Source of the DNA: Spironucleus salmonicida
Lineage: Eukaryota
Assembly: GCF_000497125.1 (NCBI RefSeq)
Contig: NC_090600.1
Coordinates: forward strand, 496,001-560,000
DNA: 64,000 nt
Direction of reading: 5' to 3'
Part shown: positions 12,647 to 26,123 of the stretch, one piece after another
Numbering within the stretch: the first letter of the stretch is position 1
Layout of the letters: each line of letters starts with the position of its first letter
Program-made: the position numbers and the translations under genes
The notes under the pieces: generated by a model
Told to the model about the DNA's origin: nothing
The model's input: the letters and a program-made list of their open reading frames with translations, nothing else
Databases searched by the model: none

Positions 12647-13354
12647 ATGGCTATTCCTGAAATCTACATGAAAAACAGAAAGTCTGCTGCTGATGCTACC
12701 GCTGCCCGTGCCACTGCTATTTCCAAATAATAAGTTGTTGACGCCGAGCTTACTAAGCTTGCTGCTACTAATTTTGCTAAGTATGAGACTGAATACAAGT
12801 AGATTGAAGCTACCCATAACAAGTCTGTCGCTGATGCTGAAAAGCAAGGTGGATTCTTCATTAAGGCTGAGCCCAAGGTTCTTTTAGTTATCAGAATCAA
12901 AGGTATCACTAAAATGTCTCCCCAGCAGAAATAGATCATGGCTCTTTTCCGTCTCAAAACCATCAACTCTGCTGTTTTCATCAAGGCTAATAAGGCTACT
13001 TTGAATGCTCTTCGCTATGTTGCCCACTTCGTTACCTGGGGTGCACCAACTGTTGATACTATCCGTAACTTAATGTATGTTCGTGGTTATGGTAAGCTCA
13101 ATAAGGATCGTGTACCAATTGTTGATAACTCTGTTATTGATAAGGCTATCGGTGAAACTGGTATCCGTACCATTGAAGATCTTATCCACGAAATCTTCAC
13201 CTGTGGTGAAAACTTTAAGAAAGCCAACAACTTCATCTGGCCTTTCAAACTTAATTCTCGCCGTCTTGTTGACAAACGTGTTAATTTCTCCGAAGGTGGT
13301 GACCACGGTTTCCGCGGTGATTACATCAACGAATTCATCTCTAAGATGCTTTGA
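12647..13354 (+). CDS. RPL7: 60S ribosomal protein L7 (uL30), 235 aa
   Basis: MAIPEIYMK start; motifs EPKVLLVIRIKGI, LFRLKTINSAVF, IEDLIHEIFTCGENFKKANNFIWPFKL and GGDHGFRGDYIN. Confidence 0.97.
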
Positions 13355-13636
13355 ATGATTAATTGATTACATGTCTATTTGAATAGGCATTATTGATTTA
13401 TACAAATACAAGACTGGATAGTTATTATAAGTATTTGATAGGTTGATACATTTGTCTTAGCAGTTTATTATATATGTTATCTTTGATATTTTCTCTTTTC
13501 TATTTAAGTAATAAAGTAATTTATTAGCTATATTTCTAATTGTATAGTGTTTTATTCATATATTTAAATATTTAGTTTGCTAATTAGTTATAACTGAATA
13601 ATATAATATTCAAAAAGAAAATAAATATTAATAATA

Positions 13637-16600
13637 TCACTCTGTTAGTTAAGTTTAATACTCGCCTAATTTTTCTTTCAACTATTCATTTTCAAACTGT
13701 AATTATGTTATTGTTGTATCATTTAGTTCGCAGAGCTAAGATATTTTAATTTTAAATGTTTCTATTTCTTAATCCAAGAAATAAACTGTTGATTTAAGCT
13801 AATTTCCCTAATTTTCCAATATAGATATTATTTAGTTTAATTCATTATTATCTTTTTCTAATAATAAAACCCTAACTTGTAATTACTTGTTGGAATTTTC
13901 GACGCCGGACGCAGCCTGGAGATCCGCGATCTGCTGGTTGAGCTGGGTGGTTTGGCGAGTGAGTGACTCGATCTCCTTCTGCTTCTACTACGCTTGGGAT
14001 TCTGATGCTTGCTTGAGAGTCGCAATCTCTTGCTAGAGGTTCTGGGTACGCTGGGTGGCCTATTCTTCGACCAAGCCGCGGGCGACGTCATCTTCGGAAC
14101 TGCGCTGCGAGAGCTGCTTCTTGAGCTCTTCGATAGTAACGGAAAGCTGCTTGGCCTCTGCCTCGTACTGCTCCTGGAGGGAGTCGACGGTCGCCTCGAG
14201 ATCGGCATTGTCGGTACGGGCGTCGTGAAGTTGCTTGGTGGCTTCGGCTAGCTTGGTCTTCAGTCCGTGGACGCGGCCTACCAGCTCTTCGTTGGTCTGG
14301 CGGGCTACATCGGCATCCTGGTTCACGGACATGTTGAGCTGGGAGAGGTTCGTGATGCTCATCTTCAGGTCCTCAACCTCACGGTCTAGGGTCTCGATGG
14401 ACGTCTTCTTCTTGGCATTCTGTACGTTGGCGAACCCAATGATCTAATCGAGGTTCTCGCACTTGTCCTGGAGAGCCTCCACCTGCTGGCGGAGTAGCTC
14501 CTCAGATTCTCTGGAAGCAGTAAGCTGGGAGCGGAGGGCATCCATGGCACCATCACGGTCGACGCCGGACGCAGCCTGGAGATCCGCGATCTGCTGGTTG
14601 AGCTGGGTGGTTTGGCGAGTGAGTGACTCGATCTCCTTCTGCTTCTACTACGCTTGGGATTCTGATGCTTGCTTGAGAGTCGCAATCTCTTGCTAGAGGT
14701 TCTGGGTACGCTGGGTGGCCTATTCTTCGACCAAGCCGCGGGCGACGTCATCTTCGGAACTGCGCTGCGAGAGCTGCTTCTTGAGCTCTTCGATAGTAAC
14801 GGAAAGCTGCTTGGCCTCTGCCTCGTACTGCTCCTGGAGGGAGTCGACGGTCGCCTCGAGATCGGCATTGTCGGTACGGGCGTCGTGAAGTTGCTTGGTG
14901 GCTTCGGCTAGCTTGGTCTTCAGTCCGTGGACGCGGCCTACCAGCTCTTCGTTGGTCTGGCGGGCTACATCGGCATCCTGGTTCACGGACATGTTGAGCT
15001 GGGAGAGGTTCGTGATGCTCATCTTCAGGTCCTCAACCTCACGGTCTAGGGTCTCGATGGACGTCTTCTTCTTGGCATTCTGTACGTTGGCGAACCCAAT
15101 GATCTAATCGAGGTTCTCGCACTTGTCCTGGAGAGCCTCCACCTGCTGGCGGAGTAGCTCCTCAGATTCTCTGGAAGCAGTAAGCTGGGAGCGGAGGGCA
15201 TCCATGGCACCATCACGGTCGACGCCGGACGCAGCCTGGAGATCCGCGATCTGCTGGTTGAGCTGGGTGGTTTGGCGAGTGAGTGACTCGATCTCCTTCT
15301 GCTTCTACTACGCTTGGGATTCTGATGCTTGCTTGAGAGTCGCAATCTCTTGCTAGAGGTTCTGGGTACGCTGGGTGGCCTATTCTTCGACCAAGCCGCG
15401 GGCGACGTCATCTTCGGAACTGCGCTGCGAGAGCTGCTTCTTGAGCTCTTCGATAGTAACGGAAAGCTGCTTGGCCTCTGCCTCGTACTGCTCCTGGAGG
15501 GAGTCGACGGTCGCCTCGAGATCGGCATTGTCGGTACGGGCGTCGTGAAGTTGCTTGGTGGCTTCGGCTAGCTTGGTCTTCAGTCCGTGGACGCGGCCTA
15601 CCAGCTCTTCGTTGGTCTGGCGGGCTACATCGGCATCCTGGTTCACGGACATGTTGAGCTGGGAGAGGTTCGTGATGCTCATCTTCAGGTCCTCAACCTC
15701 ACGGTCTAGGGTCTCGATGGACGTCTTCTTCTTGGCATTCTGTACGTTGGCGAACCCAATGATCTAATCGAGGTTCTCGCACTTGTCCTGGAGAGCCTCC
15801 ACCTGCTGGCGGAGTAGCTCCTCAGATTCTCTGGAAGCAGTAAGCTGGGAGCGGAGGGCATCCATGGCACCATCACGGTCGACGCCGGACGCAGCCTGGA
15901 GATCCGCGATCTGCTGGTTGAGCTGGGTGGTTTGGCGAGTGAGTGACTCGATCTCCTTCTGCTTCTACTACGCTTGGGATTCTGATGCTTGCTTGAGAGT
16001 CGCAATCTCTTGCTAGAGGTTCTGGGTACGCTGGGTGGCCTATTCTTCGACCAAGCCGCGGGCGACGTCATCTTCGGAACTGCGCTGCGAGAGCTGCTTC
16101 TTGAGCTCTTCGATAGTAACGGAAAGCTGCTTGGCCTCTGCCTCGTACTGCTCCTGGAGGGAGTCGACGGTCGCCTCGAGATCGGCATTGTCGGTACGGG
16201 CGTCGTGAAGTTGCTTGGTGGCTTCGGCTAGCTTGGTCTTCAGTCCGTGGACGCGGCCTACCAGCTCTTCGTTGGTCTGGCGGGCTACATCGGCATCCTG
16301 GTTCACGGACATGTTGAGCTGGGAGAGGTTCGTGATGCTCATCTTCAGGTCCTCAACCTCACGGTCTAGGGTCTCGATGGACGTCTTCTTCTTGGCATTC
16401 TGTACGTTGGCGAACCCAATGATCTAATCGAGGTTCTCGCACTTGTCCTGGAGAGCCTCCACCTGCTGGCGGAGTAGCTCCTCAGATTCTCTGGAAGCAG
16501 TAAGCTGGGAGCGGAGGGCATCCATGGCACCATCACGGTCGACGCCGGACGCAGCCTGGAGATCCGCGATCTGCTGGTTGAGCTGGGTGGTTTGGCGAGT

Positions 16601-19600
16601 GAGTGACTCGATCTCCTTCTGCTTCTACTACGCTTGGGATTCTGATGCTTGCTTGAGAGTCGCAATCTCTTGCTAGAGGTTCTGGGTACGCTGGGTGGCC
16701 TATTCTTCGACCAAGCCGCGGGCGACGTCATCTTCGGAACTGCGCTGCGAGAGCTGCTTCTTGAGCTCTTCGATAGTAACGGAAAGCTGCTTGGCCTCTG
16801 CCTCGTACTGCTCCTGGAGGGAGTCGACGGTCGCCTCGAGATCGGCATTGTCGGTACGGGCGTCGTGAAGTTGCTTGGTGGCTTCGGCTAGCTTGGTCTT
16901 CAGTCCGTGGACGCGGCCTACCAGCTCTTCGTTGGTCTGGCGGGCTACATCGGCATCCTGGTTCACGGACATGTTGAGCTGGGAGAGGTTCGTGATGCTC
17001 ATCTTCAGGTCCTCAACCTCACGGTCTAGGGTCTCGATGGACGTCTTCTTCTTGGCATTCTGTACGTTGGCGAACCCAATGATCTAATCGAGGTTCTCGC
17101 ACTTGTCCTGGAGAGCCTCCACCTGCTGGCGGAGTAGCTCCTCAGATTCTCTGGAAGCAGTAAGCTGGGAGCGGAGGGCATCCATGGCACCATCACGGTC
17201 GACGCCGGACGCAGCCTGGAGATCCGCGATCTGCTGGTTGAGCTGGGTGGTTTGGCGAGTGAGTGACTCGATCTCCTTCTGCTTCTACTACGCTTGGGAT
17301 TCTGATGCTTGCTTGAGAGTCGCAATCTCTTGCTAGAGGTTCTGGGTACGCTGGGTGGCCTATTCTTCGACCAAGCCGCGGGCGACGTCATCTTCGGAAC
17401 TGCGCTGCGAGAGCTGCTTCTTGAGCTCTTCGATAGTAACGGAAAGCTGCTTGGCCTCTGCCTCGTACTGCTCCTGGAGGGAGTCGACGGTCGCCTCGAG
17501 ATCGGCATTGTCGGTACGGGCGTCGTGAAGTTGCTTGGTGGCTTCGGCTAGCTTGGTCTTCAGTCCGTGGACGCGGCCTACCAGCTCTTCGTTGGTCTGG
17601 CGGGCTACATCGGCATCCTGGTTCACGGACATGTTGAGCTGGGAGAGGTTCGTGATGCTCATCTTCAGGTCCTCAACCTCACGGTCTAGGGTCTCGATGG
17701 ACGTCTTCTTCTTGGCATTCTGTACGTTGGCGAACCCAATGATCTAATCGAGGTTCTCGCACTTGTCCTGGAGAGCCTCCACCTGCTGGCGGAGTAGCTC
17801 CTCAGATTCTCTGGAAGCAGTAAGCTGGGAGCGGAGGGCATCCATGGCACCATCACGGTCGACGCCGGACGCAGCCTGGAGATCCGCGATCTGCTGGTTG
17901 AGCTGGGTGGTTTGGCGAGTGAGTGACTCGATCTCCTTCTGCTTCTACTACGCTTGGGATTCTGATGCTTGCTTGAGAGTCGCAATCTCTTGCTAGAGGT
18001 TCTGGGTACGCTGGGTGGCCTATTCTTCGACCAAGCCGCGGGCGACGTCATCTTCGGAACTGCGCTGCGAGAGCTGCTTCTTGAGCTCTTCGATAGTAAC
18101 GGAAAGCTGCTTGGCCTCTGCCTCGTACTGCTCCTGGAGGGAGTCGACGGTCGCCTCGAGATCGGCATTGTCGGTACGGGCGTCGTGAAGTTGCTTGGTG
18201 GCTTCGGCTAGCTTGGTCTTCAGTCCGTGGACGCGGCCTACCAGCTCTTCGTTGGTCTGGCGGGCTACATCGGCATCCTGGTTCACGGACATGTTGAGCT
18301 GGGAGAGGTTCGTGATGCTCATCTTCAGGTCCTCAACCTCACGGTCTAGGGTCTCGATGGACGTCTTCTTCTTGGCATTCTGTACGTTGGCGAACCCAAT
18401 GATCTAATCGAGGTTCTCGCACTTGTCCTGGAGAGCCTCCACCTGCTGGCGGAGTAGCTCCTCAGATTCTCTGGAAGCAGTAAGCTGGGAGCGGAGGGCA
18501 TCCATGGCACCATCACGGTCGACGCCGGACGCAGCCTGGAGATCCGCGATCTGCTGGTTGAGCTGGGTGGTTTGGCGAGTGAGTGACTCGATCTCCTTCT
18601 GCTTCTACTACGCTTGGGATTCTGATGCTTGCTTGAGAGTCGCAATCTCTTGCTAGAGGTTCTGGGTACGCTGGGTGGCCTATTCTTCGACCAAGCCGCG
18701 GGCGACGTCATCTTCGGAACTGCGCTGCGAGAGCTGCTTCTTGAGCTCTTCGATAGTAACGGAAAGCTGCTTGGCCTCTGCCTCGTACTGCTCCTGGAGG
18801 GAGTCGACGGTCGCCTCGAGATCGGCATTGTCGGTACGGGCGTCGTGAAGTTGCTTGGTGGCTTCGGCTAGCTTGGTCTTCAGTCCGTGGACGCGGCCTA
18901 CCAGCTCTTCGTTGGTCTGGCGGGCTACATCGGCATCCTGGTTCACGGACATGTTGAGCTGGGAGAGGTTCGTGATGCTCATCTTCAGGTCCTCAACCTC
19001 ACGGTCTAGGGTCTCGATGGACGTCTTCTTCTTGGCATTCTGTACGTTGGCGAACCCAATGATCTAATCGAGGTTCTCGCACTTGTCCTGGAGAGCCTCC
19101 ACCTGCTGGCGGAGTAGCTCCTCAGATTCTCTGGAAGCAGTAAGCTGGGAGCGGAGGGCATCCATGGCACCATCACGGTCGACGCCGGACGCAGCCTGGA
19201 GATCCGCGATCTGCTGGTTGAGCTGGGTGGTTTGGCGAGTGAGTGACTCGATCTCCTTCTGCTTCTACTACGCTTGGGATTCTGATGCTTGCTTGAGAGT
19301 CGCAATCTCTTGCTAGAGGTTCTGGGTACGCTGGGTGGCCTATTCTTCGACCAAGCCGCGGGCGACGTCATCTTCGGAACTGCGCTGCGAGAGCTGCTTC
19401 TTGAGCTCTTCGATAGTAACGGAAAGCTGCTTGGCCTCTGCCTCGTACTGCTCCTGGAGGGAGTCGACGGTCGCCTCGAGATCGGCATTGTCGGTACGGG
19501 CGTCGTGAAGTTGCTTGGTGGCTTCGGCTAGCTTGGTCTTCAGTCCGTGGACGCGGCCTACCAGCTCTTCGTTGGTCTGGCGGGCTACATCGGCATCCTG

Positions 19601-22600
19601 GTTCACGGACATGTTGAGCTGGGAGAGGTTCGTGATGCTCATCTTCAGGTCCTCAACCTCACGGTCTAGGGTCTCGATGGACGTCTTCTTCTTGGCATTC
19701 TGTACGTTGGCGAACCCAATGATCTAATCGAGGTTCTCGCACTTGTCCTGGAGAGCCTCCACCTGCTGGCGGAGTAGCTCCTCAGATTCTCTGGAAGCAG
19801 TAAGCTGGGAGCGGAGGGCATCCATGGCACCATCACGGTCGACGCCGGACGCAGCCTGGAGATCCGCGATCTGCTGGTTGAGCTGGGTGGTTTGGCGAGT
19901 GAGTGACTCGATCTCCTTCTGCTTCTACTACGCTTGGGATTCTGATGCTTGCTTGAGAGTCGCAATCTCTTGCTAGAGGTTCTGGGTACGCTGGGTGGCC
20001 TATTCTTCGACCAAGCCGCGGGCGACGTCATCTTCGGAACTGCGCTGCGAGAGCTGCTTCTTGAGCTCTTCGATAGTAACGGAAAGCTGCTTGGCCTCTG
20101 CCTCGTACTGCTCCTGGAGGGAGTCGACGGTCGCCTCGAGATCGGCATTGTCGGTACGGGCGTCGTGAAGTTGCTTGGTGGCTTCGGCTAGCTTGGTCTT
20201 CAGTCCGTGGACGCGGCCTACCAGCTCTTCGTTGGTCTGGCGGGCTACATCGGCATCCTGGTTCACGGACATGTTGAGCTGGGAGAGGTTCGTGATGCTC
20301 ATCTTCAGGTCCTCAACCTCACGGTCTAGGGTCTCGATGGACGTCTTCTTCTTGGCATTCTGTACGTTGGCGAACCCAATGATCTAATCGAGGTTCTCGC
20401 ACTTGTCCTGGAGAGCCTCCACCTGCTGGCGGAGTAGCTCCTCAGATTCTCTGGAAGCAGTAAGCTGGGAGCGGAGGGCATCCATGGCACCATCACGGTC
20501 GACGCCGGACGCAGCCTGGAGATCCGCGATCTGCTGGTTGAGCTGGGTGGTTTGGCGAGTGAGTGACTCGATCTCCTTCTGCTTCTACTACGCTTGGGAT
20601 TCTGATGCTTGCTTGAGAGTCGCAATCTCTTGCTAGAGGTTCTGGGTACGCTGGGTGGCCTATTCTTCGACCAAGCCGCGGGCGACGTCATCTTCGGAAC
20701 TGCGCTGCGAGAGCTGCTTCTTGAGCTCTTCGATAGTAACGGAAAGCTGCTTGGCCTCTGCCTCGTACTGCTCCTGGAGGGAGTCGACGGTCGCCTCGAG
20801 ATCGGCATTGTCGGTACGGGCGTCGTGAAGTTGCTTGGTGGCTTCGGCTAGCTTGGTCTTCAGTCCGTGGACGCGGCCTACCAGCTCTTCGTTGGTCTGG
20901 CGGGCTACATCGGCATCCTGGTTCACGGACATGTTGAGCTGGGAGAGGTTCGTGATGCTCATCTTCAGGTCCTCAACCTCACGGTCTAGGGTCTCGATGG
21001 ACGTCTTCTTCTTGGCATTCTGTACGTTGGCGAACCCAATGATCTAATCGAGGTTCTCGCACTTGTCCTGGAGAGCCTCCACCTGCTGGCGGAGTAGCTC
21101 CTCAGATTCTCTGGAAGCAGTAAGCTGGGAGCGGAGGGCATCCATGGCACCATCACGGTCGACGCCGGACGCAGCCTGGAGATCCGCGATCTGCTGGTTG
21201 AGCTGGGTGGTTTGGCGAGTGAGTGACTCGATCTCCTTCTGCTTCTACTACGCTTGGGATTCTGATGCTTGCTTGAGAGTCGCAATCTCTTGCTAGAGGT
21301 TCTGGGTACGCTGGGTGGCCTATTCTTCGACCAAGCCGCGGGCGACGTCATCTTCGGAACTGCGCTGCGAGAGCTGCTTCTTGAGCTCTTCGATAGTAAC
21401 GGAAAGCTGCTTGGCCTCTGCCTCGTACTGCTCCTGGAGGGAGTCGACGGTCGCCTCGAGATCGGCATTGTCGGTACGGGCGTCGTGAAGTTGCTTGGTG
21501 GCTTCGGCTAGCTTGGTCTTCAGTCCGTGGACGCGGCCTACCAGCTCTTCGTTGGTCTGGCGGGCTACATCGGCATCCTGGTTCACGGACATGTTGAGCT
21601 GGGAGAGGTTCGTGATGCTCATCTTCAGGTCCTCAACCTCACGGTCTAGGGTCTCGATGGACGTCTTCTTCTTGGCATTCTGTACGTTGGCGAACCCAAT
21701 GATCTAATCGAGGTTCTCGCACTTGTCCTGGAGAGCCTCCACCTGCTGGCGGAGTAGCTCCTCAGATTCTCTGGAAGCAGTAAGCTGGGAGCGGAGGGCA
21801 TCCATGGCACCATCACGGTCGACGCCGGACGCAGCCTGGAGATCCGCGATCTGCTGGTTGAGCTGGGTGGTTTGGCGAGTGAGAGCATCTACATCATATT
21901 GTGCATTCTTGATTGAGCTGATCTCCTTTTTACTTTCGTTGTCCTTTTATTCATTTGACTAGATAAACTTTTACAACTCTTGCACTTACTCTAATAAACT
22001 TTAAATTTTATCCGTATTATCTATTGTTTCTTATTAATGAATTTAGTTTAGCATGATAACTTATTTTTAGTATTCAGTTCGTTCAGATTCTAGTTATCTT
22101 TTTAATTCTTCCTAGTTGCTGTCAATAATTTACTTTTTTATTTCCTCAAATTATATCTTTTGCTCACATAACTATTAAAAGTATTGTTCTTTCTATAGCT
22201 AAAGCTAATCACAGTTCATGCAAATTGTTTTTGATTATAATAATAAATCTTAATTTTATTTATTACAAATATTATGATCCTATAAAGTTTAACACTTAAT
22301 ATTTACTAAATCCAATTCATTAATAACGTTTTCACACTATTATGTCTTTTCTACCAATTATTATTAACATTATTAAAGTTATTTTCTCAATGCTTCCACT
22401 TCGGTTTGAACAAATGCAGAGTTCAATTTTTCACTTTTTCCTGGCTCAGAATCTAAAAGTTCTGAATTAACAGACTCTTATAATGCATGAAGCTTCATTT
22501 AAATTTTATTCATTTAAAGCTAATCTGATTCAAACTTAACCTTCCAATCTGCAGCGGAAGTAGAAGGTTTTATACGTTTTCTTTCCTCAATATGCTGTTT

Positions 22601-22645
22601 ACGTACAGCTAAACGTTATTATCTTGTCAGAGTTAAGTCTTCCAT
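13637..22645 (-). CDS. Giant coiled-coil protein, ~3002 aa, containing 12 apparently identical 220-aa repeats
   Basis: Continuous TGA-free frame from ATG 22645 (MEDLTLTRQQRLAV...) through the repeat array to GAG-TGA at 13637; heptad-rich E/Q/K/L composition. Confidence 0.88.
13899..21883. repeat. Coding tandem repeat, 660-bp unit x ~12.1
   Basis: Sequence lines repeat every 11 lines (660 bp); ORF-track entries recur at +660; no unit differences seen by eye. Confidence 0.98.
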
Positions 22646-22897
22646 TATTTCAAAAATAGGAAAGAACTGTTTATAACAATAAAACAAGTATAATATTCAT
22701 AAATATACTTTTTTTAATGTTTTTTGTATTAAATAATATACACATATTACTATAAATTATAAACAAGAATTACCATTTCAAAGTATAATAGCATAATAAT
22801 ATATAATTAAGTATTAATAAAGAATATAAAATTATGAGTAATAACATAAATTAACAATGCTATTAATAAAAGTAAAATACATAGCATTACAGTACAC

Positions 22898-23161
22898 TCA
22901 CACAATTAACTAATCTTCTTATCTCATTTGCAATTCTCGTATTTTTATATATTCAGATCTAAACTATTTCATTGATTATGAGATTCTAGTAATTCGTAAT
23001 CTTATTTGTTCTAATTCATGGTGAAGATCAAAAATACTACTTCTTGGTGTGATTTCAGAGTTTTCAGATAATGAAACATCGATCATTTCAGTAATAGCTG
23101 AAAATGTTTGCGACCATTCTGATGATTCTAAAAATGTAAGCTTAGAAACTTTTTTTGACAT
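22898..23161 (-). CDS. Small hypothetical protein, 87 aa; frame stays open further upstream, so the start is uncertain
   Basis: Track ORF MSKKVSKLTF... extends through TAA to TGA at 22898. Confidence 0.45.
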
Positions 23162-26123
23162 TATTATCGATGGAACGGTAATATAATTTTTATCTATATA
23201 ATATATTTAAGGTTCATTTTAATTTCTATTTATAATGTAATTTTTATATACGATAAAGTTTTAACAAAAAACTAATGTAACGATTTCAATCTAATTATAT
23301 TTATATTGAACAATATATACAAATATTTATTATATATCCTTAATGATTACTTTGCGTTAATTCTATTCATACTGTAAGTTAAATATTAGTTATTACATAT
23401 ATTCTTAAATTGTGTTATTATATAAAATTTAAGCAAATTCTATCAAAACTGACTTATATTAGTAATTATTTCTAATATATTATATTTAATATAGGAGATA
23501 GATCTATTTTAGGATTATACGGTTGAGAATCATATAGAGAGTAAATTATTATACCAAGTGACTAATTTGACAATTCAATATGCTTACAAATTGGTATAAT
23601 ATAATAATAAGGAAATCAAGTTTAAAAAAGCAATCCTATATTTTCTTAAGATAATGAATATACTACATAATTTCGTGATTATATAAATTAATAGTTAAAA
23701 TCTTGACTTGTAGTTTATCATACTAATTAACATTGTTATATTATATATAATAATATATCAACGTATTACTTAAAATATAATTTATTATTTTAATTATGTT
23801 TTTTAACTATCAAATTAAGATCAGTTTAATTTTATTACTATTATAAAGTTATAATTATAACTTGATAAAGTTATTACGTTTAATTAGTAATATATTTTAC
23901 ATAATTTATCGTTTAATTATAGTAATATATGGAAGCTATTACTATGCGATATTTCACATAAATGATTATTTTTCAGTTATACTTACTTTACGTTTATATA
24001 TTTTATCAATCTAATTTTGCTATAAAATAACTAATACTAATTTTATTGTAATATTTAGAATTTATTAAGGCTTAAATATTCTCTATCATTTATTTTTAAC
24101 CTAATAAGAACTTCACGTTTATCAATATCATAAGAGTAAGTTAGTACATCATTAATTCCAAACCAATGACAATGAATTTTTTCCTGATCATTTATAAAGT
24201 TTATACTTTATTTTTATTAGCAATAATAAATATCGCAAATCAAGTATTAACTATTTTTCAGTTATCTTATGATATAATATTAAAACATGAGTAAATAGTT
24301 ATATCTATTTTCTTTTTATGATAAAACTTAGATAAATGTTAAAACTTTATATAAACACAAAATTTAATTATTAAGTTAACATAAAATGTTTACCATATAA
24401 CTTTTTACTAGATACTCGTATTATTAGTATAATAAAGTGATGTATGGTCTAAAATAAGATATTTGCCCTTTTAAACTAACATTATAAAAAATTATCCAAT
24501 AAGTATAGTAGTATTAGTAGGAAACCAGAGTTATTCATGAAATATATTTATTAAATTATCATATTTCAAGTACAATTATCTTATTTCTCACTACTCAATC
24601 TCCTATACCATAATTGGTATTTGTTTTTATGCCTATATATAGCCTTGTTCTACTTAAATTTGCGATTTAGTGTAAGTTTTTAATAAATTTTATATGGAAA
24701 TCTATTTTGGTAGATTATATACTTTCACATTAGATGTTTTATTAGTTATAATAGATTTTCTTATTACAGTAAACGAAATTGGAGCTGATGCTATAATTAT
24801 TTGCTTAGTCTTAGGAAAAATTACAAAAGGTTTCAATTTATTCTGAAGATGCAAGAAAAATAAAAATAAATAATTATCTAATTGATAATCATTCAATATT
24901 CATATACTAATTTTGCGAATACTGAAGTTATATTTGGATCATAGAACATGGTATCTTATTATCTACATAAATATTGGGAAGATTATTGTATGCTGCTGAT
25001 ATTATACTTGTAATTTTTAGCATTTATAATCATTGAGCTTTTGCATATGATGATATTAATTTCATAAATTGTAAGATTCGTTAATTTTAAATAATATACA
25101 TCCAGTAAATGTAAATTGGTTATTAAATTTTAATATAATAATAAATTTTTAGTTCTTGTAGAGTAAATATTCGTACTAGTCTATGCCATCTTAAACCTAT
25201 AATGAATTCAAATTTTAGTTCGTTATATTATTTACTCTGATAACATTATTTGCAGCTTATTTATCATAGTTTAGTATGAGTATATTAATTGTGGATTATA
25301 CTACAAATTTAGGAAAGAATAATTAACAAATTATTTAATAGTTAAAATATTACAGCAATATTGTTGATATTCAGTATCTTATATAATATTCTAGTAATTA
25401 TTATGCAATAAGATCATGAAATAGGCTTACAATTATCTAATGTATGAAATCAATTTTATAAATACTATTGACTTTATTAAAAAATTATAATGAAATTTAT
25501 ATTTTTAAAACTGTGTGAAAAATCTAGCAGCCTTCAAAGATGGATACTATTTTTAACAAAAGGTAAAATATTAGTAAATACCTTGCATAAATCTATGTAG
25601 TAATAATCAATTGTAATATGTACGTGTTATAGAAAATAATCATTGTATATTATACTTTACTTTACAGAAATATAGAATATAATTATTTTATATTGATATG
25701 AATTATTAATCAAAATAATATATTTTATTTTTGTAAAATATCTTTTGATATTAATTTTTTATTACTAAAATAATAACTATTTTTTAGTTTTTAAATTATT
25801 TATATTAATACTATTAAACTTGTTTTATTCCTAGAAATTATATATAAAATCTATTTTATTACTCCTTGTTATATTTATTGATGAAATATTTGAAATGCCA
25901 TAAATTAGTTATATGGGTTTGATAGTTTAATATTAATATTGTCAAATTTTTAAATTTTGGAAAACCAAGAGAATGTACTAAACTTTATAGCTAATATAAT
26001 TGTATAATTAATTATAAGATTTAGTGTTAGTTTCGTATAGTAGGAAATGATTTTAAAATAAAATAAACATGTATATTCTATTTGAATAAATATATATAAT
26101 TCTTAATTTGTGGATATTTAAAA

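Noticed and set aside
11744-13354. PIS1 and RPL7 as pseudogenes with internal stops or as intron-split genes
   Set aside because: The interruptions are in-frame TAR codons; the proteins are colinear and full length.
13899-21883. Tandem array of many small separate genes, satellite DNA or CRISPR
   Set aside because: Unit length is a multiple of 3, there are no spacers, and the frame is continuous once TAR=Gln; the small ORFs are code artefacts or shadow frames.
25977-25990. Possible fused branch-point/3' splice site (actaaactttatag) upstream of the cysteine-rich gene
   Set aside because: Does not match ACTAAC exactly and was not seen upstream of the other copy.
23162-26100. Long TGA-free frames in very AT-rich DNA (also 3.9-5.5 kb, 32.3-33.2 kb and 57.3-57.9 kb)
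   Set aside because: With a single stop codon such frames arise easily, and the translations look compositionally random; not callable without RNA data.
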